Shown here: positions 9,548-19,257 of the stretch, one piece after another | How the letters are laid out: each line of letters starts with the position of its first letter | How positions within the stretch are numbered: position 1 is the stretch's first letter | Source: a virus | Lineage: Duplodnaviria; Caudoviricetes | Strand: one strand, 5' to 3' | IMG/VR virus record: IMGVR_UViG_3300008110_000055 | Location: 1 to 59,685 of that record | Length of the DNA stretch: 59,685 bases | Notes under the pieces: model-generated | The model's database searches: none | What the model was told of the DNA's origin: nothing | Seen by the model: only the letters and a program-made list of their open reading frames with translations | Program-made: the position numbers and the translations under genes

Positions 9548-9766
9548 ATGAAAGCACGCATCCCTAACCTCAACATCTACGACTCAAACTGGGTAGCTAT
9601 CAAGGACTTCCTAGCTGCCCAGCTACAGAAATCACGAGAAATGCTAGAAAATCCTGCATTAAGCCATGAGGATTCTTGCGTAATTCGTGGAAAGATCCTT
9701 GTTTACAAGGAGCTACTAGCCGCTGAACGTGATATTCAGCAGGCCGCGACTAGATCGCCAACTTAA
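9548..9766 (+). CDS. Small conserved protein downstream of the portal
   Basis: W..IK..L...RG.I pattern typical of the podovirus post-portal protein. Confidence 0.65.
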   Translation: MKARIPNLNIYDSNWVAIKDFLAAQLQKSREMLENPALSHEDSCVIRGKILVYKELLAAERDIQQAATRSPT

Positions 9767-9783
9767 ACGGAGAATGAACTTTT

Positions 9784-10773
9784 ATGAATAACACCCCTCT
9801 AAGCGACAGTGAAGCCCAGAAGCTATTTGCCAGCGTCAGCAAAAACCTTGATGACCCTGATAAGCTAAATGAGATTCTGGGTGCGACTACGGTGCCGGAT
9901 CCTGATCCCGCCCCGCAAGTAGTAGAGGAAGAGGTAAAGCAGGAAGTAGTTGAACAGGAAGTAGAGAAGAAGGAAGAAGAGAAGCAGGCCCCGACGCAAG
10001 AAAGCGAAGCTCAGGTCCCGGCAGCTCAGCCGGAAACCGCCCTATCAAGGGAAGAGCTAGAGCGTCTAGTCCAAGAGAACAAGCTGCTGCAGCACAAGCA
10101 CCGATCGGAGACTAATCGGACCGCTGCACTACAGCGTAAGCTCAACGACCTAGAAACTCGGCTAGCGTCACTCAGTCCTACCGCCGCACAGCCGCCAGCT
10201 AAGGCCGCTCCGGCAACTGAGGAAGGCGAAGACGACGATCTTGCAGAGCTAAAGCGTACCGACCCCGCCCTTTATCGGATTATCAAGAAGCGCGAGGAAG
10301 CCGCAGCAGCCCAGATCGCCAGTCTACAAAACACTCTTACGCAAGAGCTAGCTCCTGTAAAGCAGGCTTGGCAGAATCAGGAAGTAGCGTCCGAAAAGGC
10401 GAGACTTGCTGAGATGGTACCAAACATTGCAGAGGTTGTACAAAGTGAGGCGTTCCATACCTTCGTAGGTAGCGCGTCTGATGGAGTAAAGCGTCTCGTA
10501 ATGTCCAAGCACGCTGACGATGTTGTAGCAGGACTCCAAGTTTACTCTCAGTGGCTACAAGCAAACGGTATGGTTAAGCAGGCTCCGGCGCAACAGGAAG
10601 CGCCGCAAGCTGTGCCAAGTCCAGCCGCTAGTCAACTAGCTGGTGAGCGTGAACGTAAGCTACAGCAGGCGGTTACTGTAAAGAGTCCGGCTGCTCCCGA
10701 GAAGAAAGAACTCACAGCAGAAGAACTTTTCGCGCAGTCGTATAAGCATTTCCATAAGTTGCATGGAAACTAA
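9784..10773 (+). CDS. Capsid scaffolding protein
   Basis: Acidic, Pro/Ala/Gln-rich coiled coil directly upstream of the major capsid gene. Confidence 0.75.
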   Translation: MNNTPLSDSEAQKLFASVSKNLDDPDKLNEILGATTVPDPDPAPQVVEEEVKQEVVEQEVEKKEEEKQAPTQESEAQVPAAQPETALSREELERLVQENKLLQHKHRSETNRTAALQRKLNDLETRLASLSPTAAQPPAKAAPATEEGEDDDLAELKRTDPALYRIIKKREEAAAAQIASLQNTLTQELAPVKQAWQNQEVASEKARLAEMVPNIAEVVQSEAFHTFVGSASDGVKRLVMSKHADDVVAGLQVYSQWLQANGMVKQAPAQQEAPQAVPSPAASQLAGERERKLQQAVTVKSPAAPEKKELTAEELFAQSYKHFHKLHGN

Positions 10774-10796
10774 CCTTAGTTAAGGAGATTTAATCT

Positions 10797-11801
10797 ATGT
10801 CATTTTCAGGTACTCAGTACGGCGACATCTCACCTCGCGTAGGTATCGTAGCCGTTGCCAACATGCTCGCTTACGCGGACACCCAGATCATCCTCGATAA
10901 GTTCGCCAAGGTCGAGGCTGTGCCGAAGAACAAGGGTCTCGTCATCCGCTTCCGTCGTCCAGTTCCGTTCGAGGTTAACCCGACCGCGCTGATCGAAGGC
11001 GTGACGCCTGCCCCGCAAGCCCTTGAGTACGAGGACGTTCAGACCTCGCTAGCTCAGTACGGTGCGTGGGTACCCTTCACGGACGTCATCGCTGACACCC
11101 ACGAAGATCCGAACCTTAAGGTCATGACCGAACTCTGCGGTAAGCAGGCGGCCGAGACCAAGGAGCTTATTACGTGGAACGAGATCCGTGGTGGTACTCA
11201 GGTGTTCTTCACCGGTACGGCTGTCAGCCGCGCTCAGGTTCAGGCTGTTCTAGACATTGACGACATTCGTCTCATTGTCCGCCAGCTCAAGCGTAACCAC
11301 TGCCGCAAGATCACCAAGAAGCTCTCGGCTTCTCCGAACATTGCGACCGAGCCGGTCAACGCTTCGTTCGTCGGCGTTGCCCATACCGACCTTGAGCAGA
11401 ACATCCGTGCTCTGCCCACGTTCGTCCCAGTCGAGCGCTACGCTTCGGGCACTCCTCTCCACGCAAACGAGCTTGGTCGTATCGAAGAGGTCCGCGTAAT
11501 CCTCAGCCCGATGCTAGAGCCGTTCCTAGGTGCGGGTTCGGGTACCATTACCGGCGTACTCAACAACGGTTCAAACGTTAACGTCTATCCGTTCATCATC
11601 TTCGGTGAAGAGGCTTACGGCGTTACCCCGCTTAAGGGTATGGACTCCGCCGCGATCGCGGTAATGAATCCCAAGATGGGTGCCAGCTACGAGGATCCGC
11701 TAGGTCAGCGTGGTTTCGTTTCATGGAAGATGTGGTTCTCGGCTGTACGTCTAAACGAGCAGTGGATGGCTCGTCTTGAGACTGCGGTTGGTGCCCTCTA
11801 A
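10797..11801 (+). CDS. Major capsid protein (N4-gp56-like family)
   Basis: YGDISPR, EGVTP, QYG, DPLGQRG..SWK motifs; AAGGAG RBS. Confidence 0.9.
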   Translation: MSFSGTQYGDISPRVGIVAVANMLAYADTQIILDKFAKVEAVPKNKGLVIRFRRPVPFEVNPTALIEGVTPAPQALEYEDVQTSLAQYGAWVPFTDVIADTHEDPNLKVMTELCGKQAAETKELITWNEIRGGTQVFFTGTAVSRAQVQAVLDIDDIRLIVRQLKRNHCRKITKKLSASPNIATEPVNASFVGVAHTDLEQNIRALPTFVPVERYASGTPLHANELGRIEEVRVILSPMLEPFLGAGSGTITGVLNNGSNVNVYPFIIFGEEAYGVTPLKGMDSAAIAVMNPKMGASYEDPLGQRGFVSWKMWFSAVRLNEQWMARLETAVGAL

Positions 11802-11827
11802 TCTCACTAGTTAAGGAGAAGTAAACT

Positions 11828-12346
11828 ATGTCTTTCCGTTCACCTGCCCACGTCGGTGGAGTTCGTCACCGCGCTCTTGCTGAGGCTCCGTTCGAGATCA
11901 GCGCAACTATCGACCTACCTGCTGGTCGCGGTCTCGTAACTTCTGACCGTCTCCGCTTCTTCCAGATCGGAGCTGGTTATCAAGTAGCCGAGCTAACCAT
12001 CAGCACTGATGACCTCGATGCCAACGGTACTCCCACCATCACCCTAAACGCCGGCTTTGAATCACACAATACCGGTGCGCAGGCTTCCAACCTAACCGCG
12101 TTCGCTTCGGCGTCAACGGTTGGTCAGGCTGGCGGTACCGCTCGCTTCGAGCCTACGGCGGCGGCTCCGGTAGCTAACTACACTGTAACGCTCTCGCCTC
12201 AGGTAGGTGCTGCTACTGCTCCTGCTGGCGCTACGCGAATTACGGTTACGGCTGTCGTCGTACCTGCCCGCGCTAACGCGATCCCGTCGCTAGGTAACGC
12301 TAACGGCGCTGCTTACGACCACGGTCGTCCTAACCCCACCGTCTAA
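11828..12346 (+). CDS. Capsid decoration/minor virion protein
   Basis: Directly after the capsid gene, AAGGAG RBS, beta-rich. Confidence 0.55.
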   Translation: MSFRSPAHVGGVRHRALAEAPFEISATIDLPAGRGLVTSDRLRFFQIGAGYQVAELTISTDDLDANGTPTITLNAGFESHNTGAQASNLTAFASASTVGQAGGTARFEPTAAAPVANYTVTLSPQVGAATAPAGATRITVTAVVVPARANAIPSLGNANGAAYDHGRPNPTV

Positions 12347-12360
12347 TTGACGATGGACTG

Positions 12361-12391
12361 GAGGGGGAGGGAAACCTCCCCTTCTAGCTTT
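12361..12391 (+). terminator. Hairpin, probable intrinsic terminator after the capsid genes
   Basis: GAGGGGGAGG-GAAA-CCTCCCCTTC followed by a weak T tail. Confidence 0.6.
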
Positions 12392-12393
12392 AC

Positions 12394-12468
12394 CAGTCAG
12401 TGGTGTAATGGCAACATGCGGGACTCCAAATCCCTGCGATCTGAGTTCGAGTCTTAGCTGGCTGGCCA
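12394..12468 (+). tRNA. trnW: tRNA-Trp (CCA)
   Basis: Acceptor CAGTCAG/CTGGCTG, loop CT-CCA-AA, TTCGA T-loop, G73, encoded CCA. Confidence 0.93.
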
Positions 12469-12497
12469 CCTATCTAATGTAGAGGAGATCTACCGTC

Positions 12498-13100
12498 ATG
12501 AGTAATGACCACGCAGAATACACTAATGATCTAGACAACCTTCCGATTGGCGAGCTTCGTAAGAAGGCCGGCATCTACCGCGTGCCGCTAGCGCGCGACA
12601 TGACCAAGGAAGATATCATCAACGCCATTCGAGCCAAGATGGCCGAAGGCAAGTACGCTCTAGAGGCGTATGGTGATGCTCCCAAGCCCGGCTACGCTCG
12701 CATCGAAGTACACCTAGATCCCAATCCGACTTCCTCGAATCGCCCAGTCTACGTCTGTGTCAACGGCTATGCGGTTCTGATTCCACGAGGCATCAAGGTA
12801 GACGTTCCGATCAAGATCGTCGAAGCACTCAACAACGCTAAGTCAAAGCGTCTCCGCGAGAACGCCTCAGTCCCGCCCAACAACCCAGCTCGTTTCTACT
12901 TTGAAGAGGTGTCGAACTATCCGTTCAGTGTCCACGGCATGACACCCGGCCCGGATCCTCGCGGAGAAAACGAGAAGGTAAAAGCTGCAGTACACCTACC
13001 GCGTAAGAAGTTTCATGAGAAGTTCGGCTACTGGCCGAGAGAGGATGAACTCAAGGAAGCTCTACGCGATGGTCGTCTTGTAATCGAATACGTTAAGTAA
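12498..13100 (+). CDS. Conserved head-module hypothetical protein
   Basis: GAGGAG RBS; VYVCVNG...IPRG..V.VP motif common near N4-type capsid genes. Confidence 0.6.
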   Translation: MSNDHAEYTNDLDNLPIGELRKKAGIYRVPLARDMTKEDIINAIRAKMAEGKYALEAYGDAPKPGYARIEVHLDPNPTSSNRPVYVCVNGYAVLIPRGIKVDVPIKIVEALNNAKSKRLRENASVPPNNPARFYFEEVSNYPFSVHGMTPGPDPRGENEKVKAAVHLPRKKFHEKFGYWPREDELKEALRDGRLVIEYVK

Positions 13101-13119
13101 TCTTAGGTAGGAGGGTTTA

Positions 13120-14043
13120 GTGGACTTTATCGAGCTAGTAAACGAGACGATCTCGGAATCAGGGGCTACCCTATCAGAGCTGGACTCGGTAGAGTTTGCT
13201 AACCCCTCCGATCCTATGCACCGTCGCTTTAAGATGTGGGTAGCTAGATCTTGGAAGGAGCTACAGCTAAGCCGAGAGCGATGGAGCTTCATGTCTAAGC
13301 GCGGGTACGGAGTAATCCTCCCGCGTATCTACGTCAAGAACGGCAGCCTCCCGAGCGAACCTACGCCGGGAGAGCTGTTTGAAGGCAAGATCAACTCCTC
13401 AACTTTTACAGTTGTAAAGGTTACGACTTTGAGTGGTAGCTGGGCTGCTGGCACCGCCGAAGCTTTCATTGATATCGACAATCTAGTAGGCGAGTACGGA
13501 CTAGGAGAAGTGTTCAACAGAGTCACAGATGGCGCACAGGACTGCTTCATGATTGGAGGCAGAGCGCGCTGGGACTTCTCCGAGTTCGCCCCGGACCTAG
13601 ACGATCTAGACTACAACTCAGTGTATCTAGGCTACGTAGATTCTACGCCAGCAGAGTACATGGACGGTCTGGACTTCGTTGAGTGGAATCTCTGGAACAA
13701 CTACTATGAGGCTGACGTAGGCAACCTAAGCAAGCCAGCTCAGATTACCGAAACCCCGGACCGACTGACTGACCTGTACCCTAGCCCAGAAAAGCCCTAC
13801 CGCATCTACTTCAACTACGATCGCGGTCCGCAAGAGCTAGTGCTGGCAGGAGACGTACCAGACATGCCGGAGGAGTTTCACACGATGATTATGTGGGGCG
13901 CAGTGCTCCACTACGCTGAGTACGATCAGAACAACGCGCTAGCCGCAAGAGCCGCTAGGCAGTACCGCAAGTACAAGATCAGACTGGAGAACAAGTGTCT
14001 ACCTAAGCTAGGCTGGGCACCAAGTCCATACAACAGAGGTTAA
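13120..14043 (+). CDS. Head-tail adaptor (tail tubular A-like)
   Basis: Position; C-terminal LYPSP and PDMPEEFH..I.WGA pattern; GGAGG RBS with GTG start. Confidence 0.65.
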   Translation: MDFIELVNETISESGATLSELDSVEFANPSDPMHRRFKMWVARSWKELQLSRERWSFMSKRGYGVILPRIYVKNGSLPSEPTPGELFEGKINSSTFTVVKVTTLSGSWAAGTAEAFIDIDNLVGEYGLGEVFNRVTDGAQDCFMIGGRARWDFSEFAPDLDDLDYNSVYLGYVDSTPAEYMDGLDFVEWNLWNNYYEADVGNLSKPAQITETPDRLTDLYPSPEKPYRIYFNYDRGPQELVLAGDVPDMPEEFHTMIMWGAVLHYAEYDQNNALAARAARQYRKYKIRLENKCLPKLGWAPSPYNRG

Positions 14044-14048
14044 GTCCA

Positions 14049-16679
14049 ATGAGCTACACGAACGATGTAATTCCTCTAGCCTACGGACTCGACCTAGTAG
14101 AACCCAAGCCGCTAGCTGCCTCCGGGTCGCTGGCGGTTTGTCGTAACTACGAGATTACGGACAAGGCTGGCCTACGCCGTATCGACGGATTCGAGCGCTT
14201 CGACGGTAGACTAGGCGGAGAGTGTGATAAGTACTGGCAGGTATCAGTAAGCTCGCCTGTAGGATCAGCAAGCCTAGGCGATGTACTAGCCGTAGATACG
14301 TTTGGTGCTATCGGTACCACTACCGGCATCCCTAGCAATCAGCTAGGTGTATTCGTACTAGGAGTGGTAGTACAGGTAGTCAACTCTACTAGCTACATCG
14401 TAGCTGTCATTAACGAAGACCTATTCCCTGTAGTAAGGGACGAGGATAGCTATGTCACGTCTCTAGCTACCGGCGTCGATCGCCGCCTGTTCCGCCTAAA
14501 CAAGAGTACTAAGACTCTAGTCGAGCTAGGCAATCTATCCTTGGTCCGAGACCTGAGGTTCTTTGCCACGTCTCCACAGGATCAGTACACCAAGGCGCTG
14601 AGCTACATGACTTACCTACGCTCGACGGTAAGCAGCCTGCCGGGTCCTGCCGTAATGACCTATCGCCACAAGGGCATCAACTACGCCGCTGCCGGAGCTA
14701 ACACTCTGGAGCTTCGTGGCTCGTCAGCGGGTGCTATCGTAGTGTCGTCTGTACCAAATACTGTAGTAGGCAACTCATTCAACGGAGCTACTGCGCGCGT
14801 TCTAGGCTACGAGGTAATCACGATCTCGGGAGAGGATCGCGTAGTAATTTCCTACGAGGATCTTAATACCGGTTCGTGGGATCTAGCCGCTGCTGCTGCG
14901 GGTACTACTATCACCGGACTCACTGCCACTATCGGCGGTGTTTCGCTAGGTGGCGGTCTATCGCTGGTCATCTTCGGCAAGGGCTATAGCCCGGACAAAG
15001 CCGTGATGTTTACCTGCGGCGCTGAGCAGGCTGAGTCTGTGTCAGACTACTTCGCTTCGATTCACGGCGGATGGAAGTTCTTTAACACCGGATGGGCGTT
15101 CTCGTTTGATACGGGCAACAGCCATGTGTCTGGTCAGGACGAGATTCCTAAGTACGAGCGCGGCCTAAGTATCCCTACTCCCGGCACATTCCAGTACTGG
15201 ATCTCTGATGGTACTAACACCTTCACTGTAGACCTGAACACCTACAAGGTGGCTAGTGGTGCCTTCTCGGCAGGTAACGCCGTAGGCACGATGCAGGTAA
15301 CTAAGGTAGTAAGGGTTGCTGGCACTGCACCGATGTTCACCGTCGGCTACAGCGTGTACAACTCAGCCACTCTGACTACTCCGAACCGAGTAGCCGTCAT
15401 CACGTCTGCGCCTAGCTACAACTTCCTACCCGGCATCTCGGCTCTTCAGAGAGCTTCTAGCCGCTACGTAGCCAGCGACTACAACTACTATGGCCTAGAG
15501 GATCTGGACGCCGTATACGTCGCTACAGGGGCTTCTAAGGCATTCTATTTTAACCGTGAGCGTCTGATCTTCATTAACGACAGTACCCCTGACACTGAGT
15601 ATCCGCGTCATACGGACAGGATCGCTAACTCGCTAGCCCTAGGCTACGCCGATGGCATGGTCCGTATCTCCGTAACTGGAGAGCCGTGGAATTACTCAGG
15701 TCTCGACGGTGCTGCCGAGTTTGCTATGGGCTATCCGGTACGCGGACTGCTGTCTATGCCGGGTGATACTCTCGGCGTATTCTGTTCAAACGGAGTGTTC
15801 GCTATTCAAGGCAGCGTACCTGATAACTTCTTGAAGAGAGTCATCCTGCCCAAGACTGGAGCTGTAGAGTACACGGCTGTATCGCTAGGTGACATCGTGT
15901 TCTGCTCACACTCAGGCGTAGTAGCTCTCAGCCAGTCAGACAAGTACGGTGACTTCGTAGGCATTCCTATCTCGTACAAGCTGTCCCCCATCATTCGTCC
16001 CAAGACGTCAGCTAACGGTGCCATTGTCTGTGCGATTCCTATCCGCACCAAGAACCAGTATAAGATCTTCTCGGCTGACGGAGACATCTTCACGTTCACC
16101 TTTAACGAGGGACGTCCGGTTCAAGGAACGACGCAGACGCTGTACCTAGGTCTCGAAAACTTTACAGATGTAAACGGTAAGGAGTTCGTGCCGCTAGCTT
16201 TGTCGTCTGTCCTAGACCACGACGGAATCGAGACAGTACTAGCGTCGCATTATTCCCCTACTAGCCGTGTAGCTTCCAACTATCTGTACAGGCTAGACTC
16301 AGGCTGGGGCTTTGACGGCAAGGCTATCAAGGCTGAGTTCGACGTCAACTGGTACTTTGCTGGTAATCCGTTTGGGTACAAGGTAATGCGTAAGGTACGA
16401 GTAGATGGTGTAAGCCGTGGACTAGCTTCGCTCAGAATCACTACGGCTAAGGACTACGAGAACGAATACCAGTCTACGTTGATCAACGCTTCTATCCCAG
16501 ATCGCCAGGACTTCATCAAGCAGGGTGATACGCCCTACACCAACATGGCTAACGTAGCTGAACGTGGTCTAAACGTATCTATCAAGGTACTGCACGAGCC
16601 CAGCATCAACGCTCCGGAACCTTCGCACACACTTCAGACTCTATTCATCCAGTTCACTCCGACCAAGGTAGATGCTTAA
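14049..16679 (+). CDS. Tail nozzle (tail tubular B-like)
   Basis: 876 aa beta-rich protein after the adaptor; N-terminal GL.L...RRIDGFERFDG. Confidence 0.65.
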   Translation: MSYTNDVIPLAYGLDLVEPKPLAASGSLAVCRNYEITDKAGLRRIDGFERFDGRLGGECDKYWQVSVSSPVGSASLGDVLAVDTFGAIGTTTGIPSNQLGVFVLGVVVQVVNSTSYIVAVINEDLFPVVRDEDSYVTSLATGVDRRLFRLNKSTKTLVELGNLSLVRDLRFFATSPQDQYTKALSYMTYLRSTVSSLPGPAVMTYRHKGINYAAAGANTLELRGSSAGAIVVSSVPNTVVGNSFNGATARVLGYEVITISGEDRVVISYEDLNTGSWDLAAAAAGTTITGLTATIGGVSLGGGLSLVIFGKGYSPDKAVMFTCGAEQAESVSDYFASIHGGWKFFNTGWAFSFDTGNSHVSGQDEIPKYERGLSIPTPGTFQYWISDGTNTFTVDLNTYKVASGAFSAGNAVGTMQVTKVVRVAGTAPMFTVGYSVYNSATLTTPNRVAVITSAPSYNFLPGISALQRASSRYVASDYNYYGLEDLDAVYVATGASKAFYFNRERLIFINDSTPDTEYPRHTDRIANSLALGYADGMVRISVTGEPWNYSGLDGAAEFAMGYPVRGLLSMPGDTLGVFCSNGVFAIQGSVPDNFLKRVILPKTGAVEYTAVSLGDIVFCSHSGVVALSQSDKYGDFVGIPISYKLSPIIRPKTSANGAIVCAIPIRTKNQYKIFSADGDIFTFTFNEGRPVQGTTQTLYLGLENFTDVNGKEFVPLALSSVLDHDGIETVLASHYSPTSRVASNYLYRLDSGWGFDGKAIKAEFDVNWYFAGNPFGYKVMRKVRVDGVSRGLASLRITTAKDYENEYQSTLINASIPDRQDFIKQGDTPYTNMANVAERGLNVSIKVLHEPSINAPEPSHTLQTLFIQFTPTKVDA

Positions 16680-16691
16680 GGAGCCCCTATA

Positions 16692-17672
16692 ATGACCAGT
16701 ACTGTACCATCAACTCAGCAGCTAGGAATGCAACTGATCGGAGAAATGCCTCAGATCAGGACTAACGTAGGCCCCGGCTTCCAGCCCGTAAACGTGGCAG
16801 CCCCGGCACAGGCCGGCAACATCGATGTTAACCGAGAGATCTCGGGGACCAAGGCCCTAACCAAGCCTATGGACTATCAGTTCGCAGAAGACCGTCTAAC
16901 CAATATGGTCAACTCGAACAGTCGCTTCATGACGGAAGCTAAGCGTTCAGGTCTAGAGCAAGCCGCTACTCGTGGAGCTGGTAACAGTTCTATTGCTGCG
17001 GGTGCTGCTATGCGTGAGGCTATGAGAGCTGCTGCGCCTATCGCTCAGCAGGATGCAGGCTTTACGCAGACCGAGTATGGACGTGGCATGGCTGCCCAGT
17101 ACGAGGATGACCTAGCCGGTAACTCGCTGATTCGTGATCTAGACAAGACCCTGTTCACTCTACGTGGCCAGAACGCTATGTCTCAGAACGATCTGATGCG
17201 TAACATCGCTATGGCCAATGCTCAGGCTGGTATCTCAGATTCGACAGAGCGTGCTCGCATGGCTCGCCAGAATGAGATGGCTAACGCGGACGTTATGCGC
17301 GAAGCTATCCGCACACAGACGGACTTCCAGTTCCGCAATCAGATGGCCGAGAATGATACGTTCCGTACCAACTGGCTACAGGAACAGTCTAGCTTCCGAG
17401 ATATGATCAGCCAGACTTACACGTCTGAGCTAGGACTAAACGCTGCTATGCTAGACCGCCTAGGTCAGGCTTTCGTAGACGATCCTGAAGTGTTTAACCC
17501 GCAGGTAGTTAATGGTATGCTCAACTTCTTCCGTGGTCAGGCTAGCGGTATCATCAATCAGACCCTATCCAACATCATCGGAGACCGCATCGGTGCTACC
17601 CAGCCTGTCCCAGCACCTCGCGCGCCTAGCGGCACTGAGCAGCCCGGTGTAGTTAGAGACCCCGGTACCTAA
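16692..17672 (+). CDS. Putative internal virion (ejection) protein
   Basis: Ala/Gln/Met-rich helical sequence, RG..NSSIA motif, position. Confidence 0.55.
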   Translation: MTSTVPSTQQLGMQLIGEMPQIRTNVGPGFQPVNVAAPAQAGNIDVNREISGTKALTKPMDYQFAEDRLTNMVNSNSRFMTEAKRSGLEQAATRGAGNSSIAAGAAMREAMRAAAPIAQQDAGFTQTEYGRGMAAQYEDDLAGNSLIRDLDKTLFTLRGQNAMSQNDLMRNIAMANAQAGISDSTERARMARQNEMANADVMREAIRTQTDFQFRNQMAENDTFRTNWLQEQSSFRDMISQTYTSELGLNAAMLDRLGQAFVDDPEVFNPQVVNGMLNFFRGQASGIINQTLSNIIGDRIGATQPVPAPRAPSGTEQPGVVRDPGT

Positions 17673-17682
17673 GGAGTAAGAT

Positions 17683-18132
17683 ATGTCACTGTTTGGTAAT
17701 ATTCTAGGAAGTATCGGATCTGCTATTCTCGGCAGATCTCAGCAGCGTTCTGCGGATCGTGCGGCTAGGGAGATGTCCGAGCGAGAGATCGCGTTTGAGC
17801 GAGAGGCTATCGGCCTACGCGCTAACGAAGATCGTCGTACCGCTAAGGAAGCCGCCTTGCTGCAGGAGTGGATGAGACAGAACAAGCGCGGCGAAAGAGT
17901 ACGTGGAGCCAAGAACTTTACTGGGTTTGCTGGGTCAGAGTTCAGGAACTATACACCTGCCGCGTCTGCTAATGGCAGGCAGGTAACGCCTGACGAGTTC
18001 ATCAGCTCAGGCGGATTGCTAGCGTCACTGGCAAATCCTCCGACTCCTGCCGCTACCTTAGCTACTCCCACACCTGCTAGCGGTGGCCTGATCGGCAACC
18101 TAACCAACGCCCTGTTTCCGAGGACTCCATAA
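17683..18132 (+). CDS. Putative internal virion protein
   Basis: Amphipathic Gly-rich N-terminus, AAGGAG RBS. Confidence 0.5.
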   Translation: MSLFGNILGSIGSAILGRSQQRSADRAAREMSEREIAFEREAIGLRANEDRRTAKEAALLQEWMRQNKRGERVRGAKNFTGFAGSEFRNYTPAASANGRQVTPDEFISSGGLLASLANPPTPAATLATPTPASGGLIGNLTNALFPRTP

Positions 18133-18578
18133 TGGATGATAAGTACGCAGAAGGTGAAGATGACGGCATCGAGATGGACCTAGACATTCTTGTCGGCCTA
18201 TCCCTTAAGGTCATCAACAGCCCAGAAGGTGCGCAGGCGCTAGTCGCTGCCGCCAAGAACACCAAGACCCCGGCTAAGGGCGCTGGCCAGTTCATCATCA
18301 TGCTGATCGAGAACGTCAGTAAGGCTCTAGAGGATAGTGGTATCGATGTAGATCCTGCCGCTTGGATGGCCTCCGATGGTGCAGTAGCTACTGTCACTGA
18401 CGATATCATCGACGTCCTCTTAGAAGGCGGAGTCGAGATCGATCCTAACACATTCGCAGAAGAGCTGTATTTTGTAGTAGCGGATATGGTTAAGGGTATT
18501 GCTCAGGCTGAAGAGGCGCAGTCCGCTAGCCCTACGGCTGGTGCTAGTCCGATTGCTAACGCTCCCCTACTAGGATAA
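18132..18578 (+). CDS. Acidic hypothetical virion-module protein
   Basis: TAATG coupling to the upstream gene. Confidence 0.6.
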   Translation: MDDKYAEGEDDGIEMDLDILVGLSLKVINSPEGAQALVAAAKNTKTPAKGAGQFIIMLIENVSKALEDSGIDVDPAAWMASDGAVATVTDDIIDVLLEGGVEIDPNTFAEELYFVVADMVKGIAQAEEAQSASPTAGASPIANAPLLG

Positions 18579-18588
18579 GGAGGTATCT

Positions 18589-19242
18589 ATGTCACTACTA
18601 GAAGCTATCCTAGGCGGAGCTATGCAGGGTGCTGGAAGAAGTATGGTCGAGGAAGACCAGCGCAAGAAGGACTACATGGATGAGAAGCGCCGCAACGCTA
18701 GAGAGGACGAGCTAGAGGCACGCCGAGCTAAGCGTGCTCTGGCTGAGCAGCTACGCCAAGAACAGCGCGAAGACAAGCAGTATGCTCGCCGTCGTGCAGA
18801 CCAGACTGCTGACCGAGATCTAGAGTGGAAGCGCGGTGAGCCAGAGCGCCAGACCAATCAGCGCTACATGGACTGGATGATGAGTCAGCCTCGCGGAGGC
18901 AGTGGCGGTGGTGGTGGATCCAGCCGACCAGTGTCTGTGACTAGCGAAGGACTACTAGCCAAGATGGGATTCCAGAGCAAGGACGAGCTGTACAAGTCAG
19001 GTGACGAGCAGGCTATTACCGCCTACGAAAGCCTCCTCGGTACCAAGCTAGCTCCGGAAGAGCTGGACGACCTGAACAATCGGCTAAGTGGTCTGGCGTC
19101 TAGACGTCGCGGTGCTCAGAGTATTCTGTCCAGCCAAGATGACGGCATGATTTACTTCGACACTGGATCACCTAACCAAGTACGTAACTCGGATGTAATG
19201 AGGCAGGCTGCCCTGCAGTCACGCCAGCCACCAACTCGATAA
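18589..19242 (+). CDS. Putative internal virion protein
   Basis: Charged coiled coil, Gly linker, AAGGAGG RBS. Confidence 0.55.
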   Translation: MSLLEAILGGAMQGAGRSMVEEDQRKKDYMDEKRRNAREDELEARRAKRALAEQLRQEQREDKQYARRRADQTADRDLEWKRGEPERQTNQRYMDWMMSQPRGGSGGGGGSSRPVSVTSEGLLAKMGFQSKDELYKSGDEQAITAYESLLGTKLAPEELDDLNNRLSGLASRRRGAQSILSSQDDGMIYFDTGSPNQVRNSDVMRQAALQSRQPPTR

Positions 19243-19257
19243 GGAACCTACCTTAGT

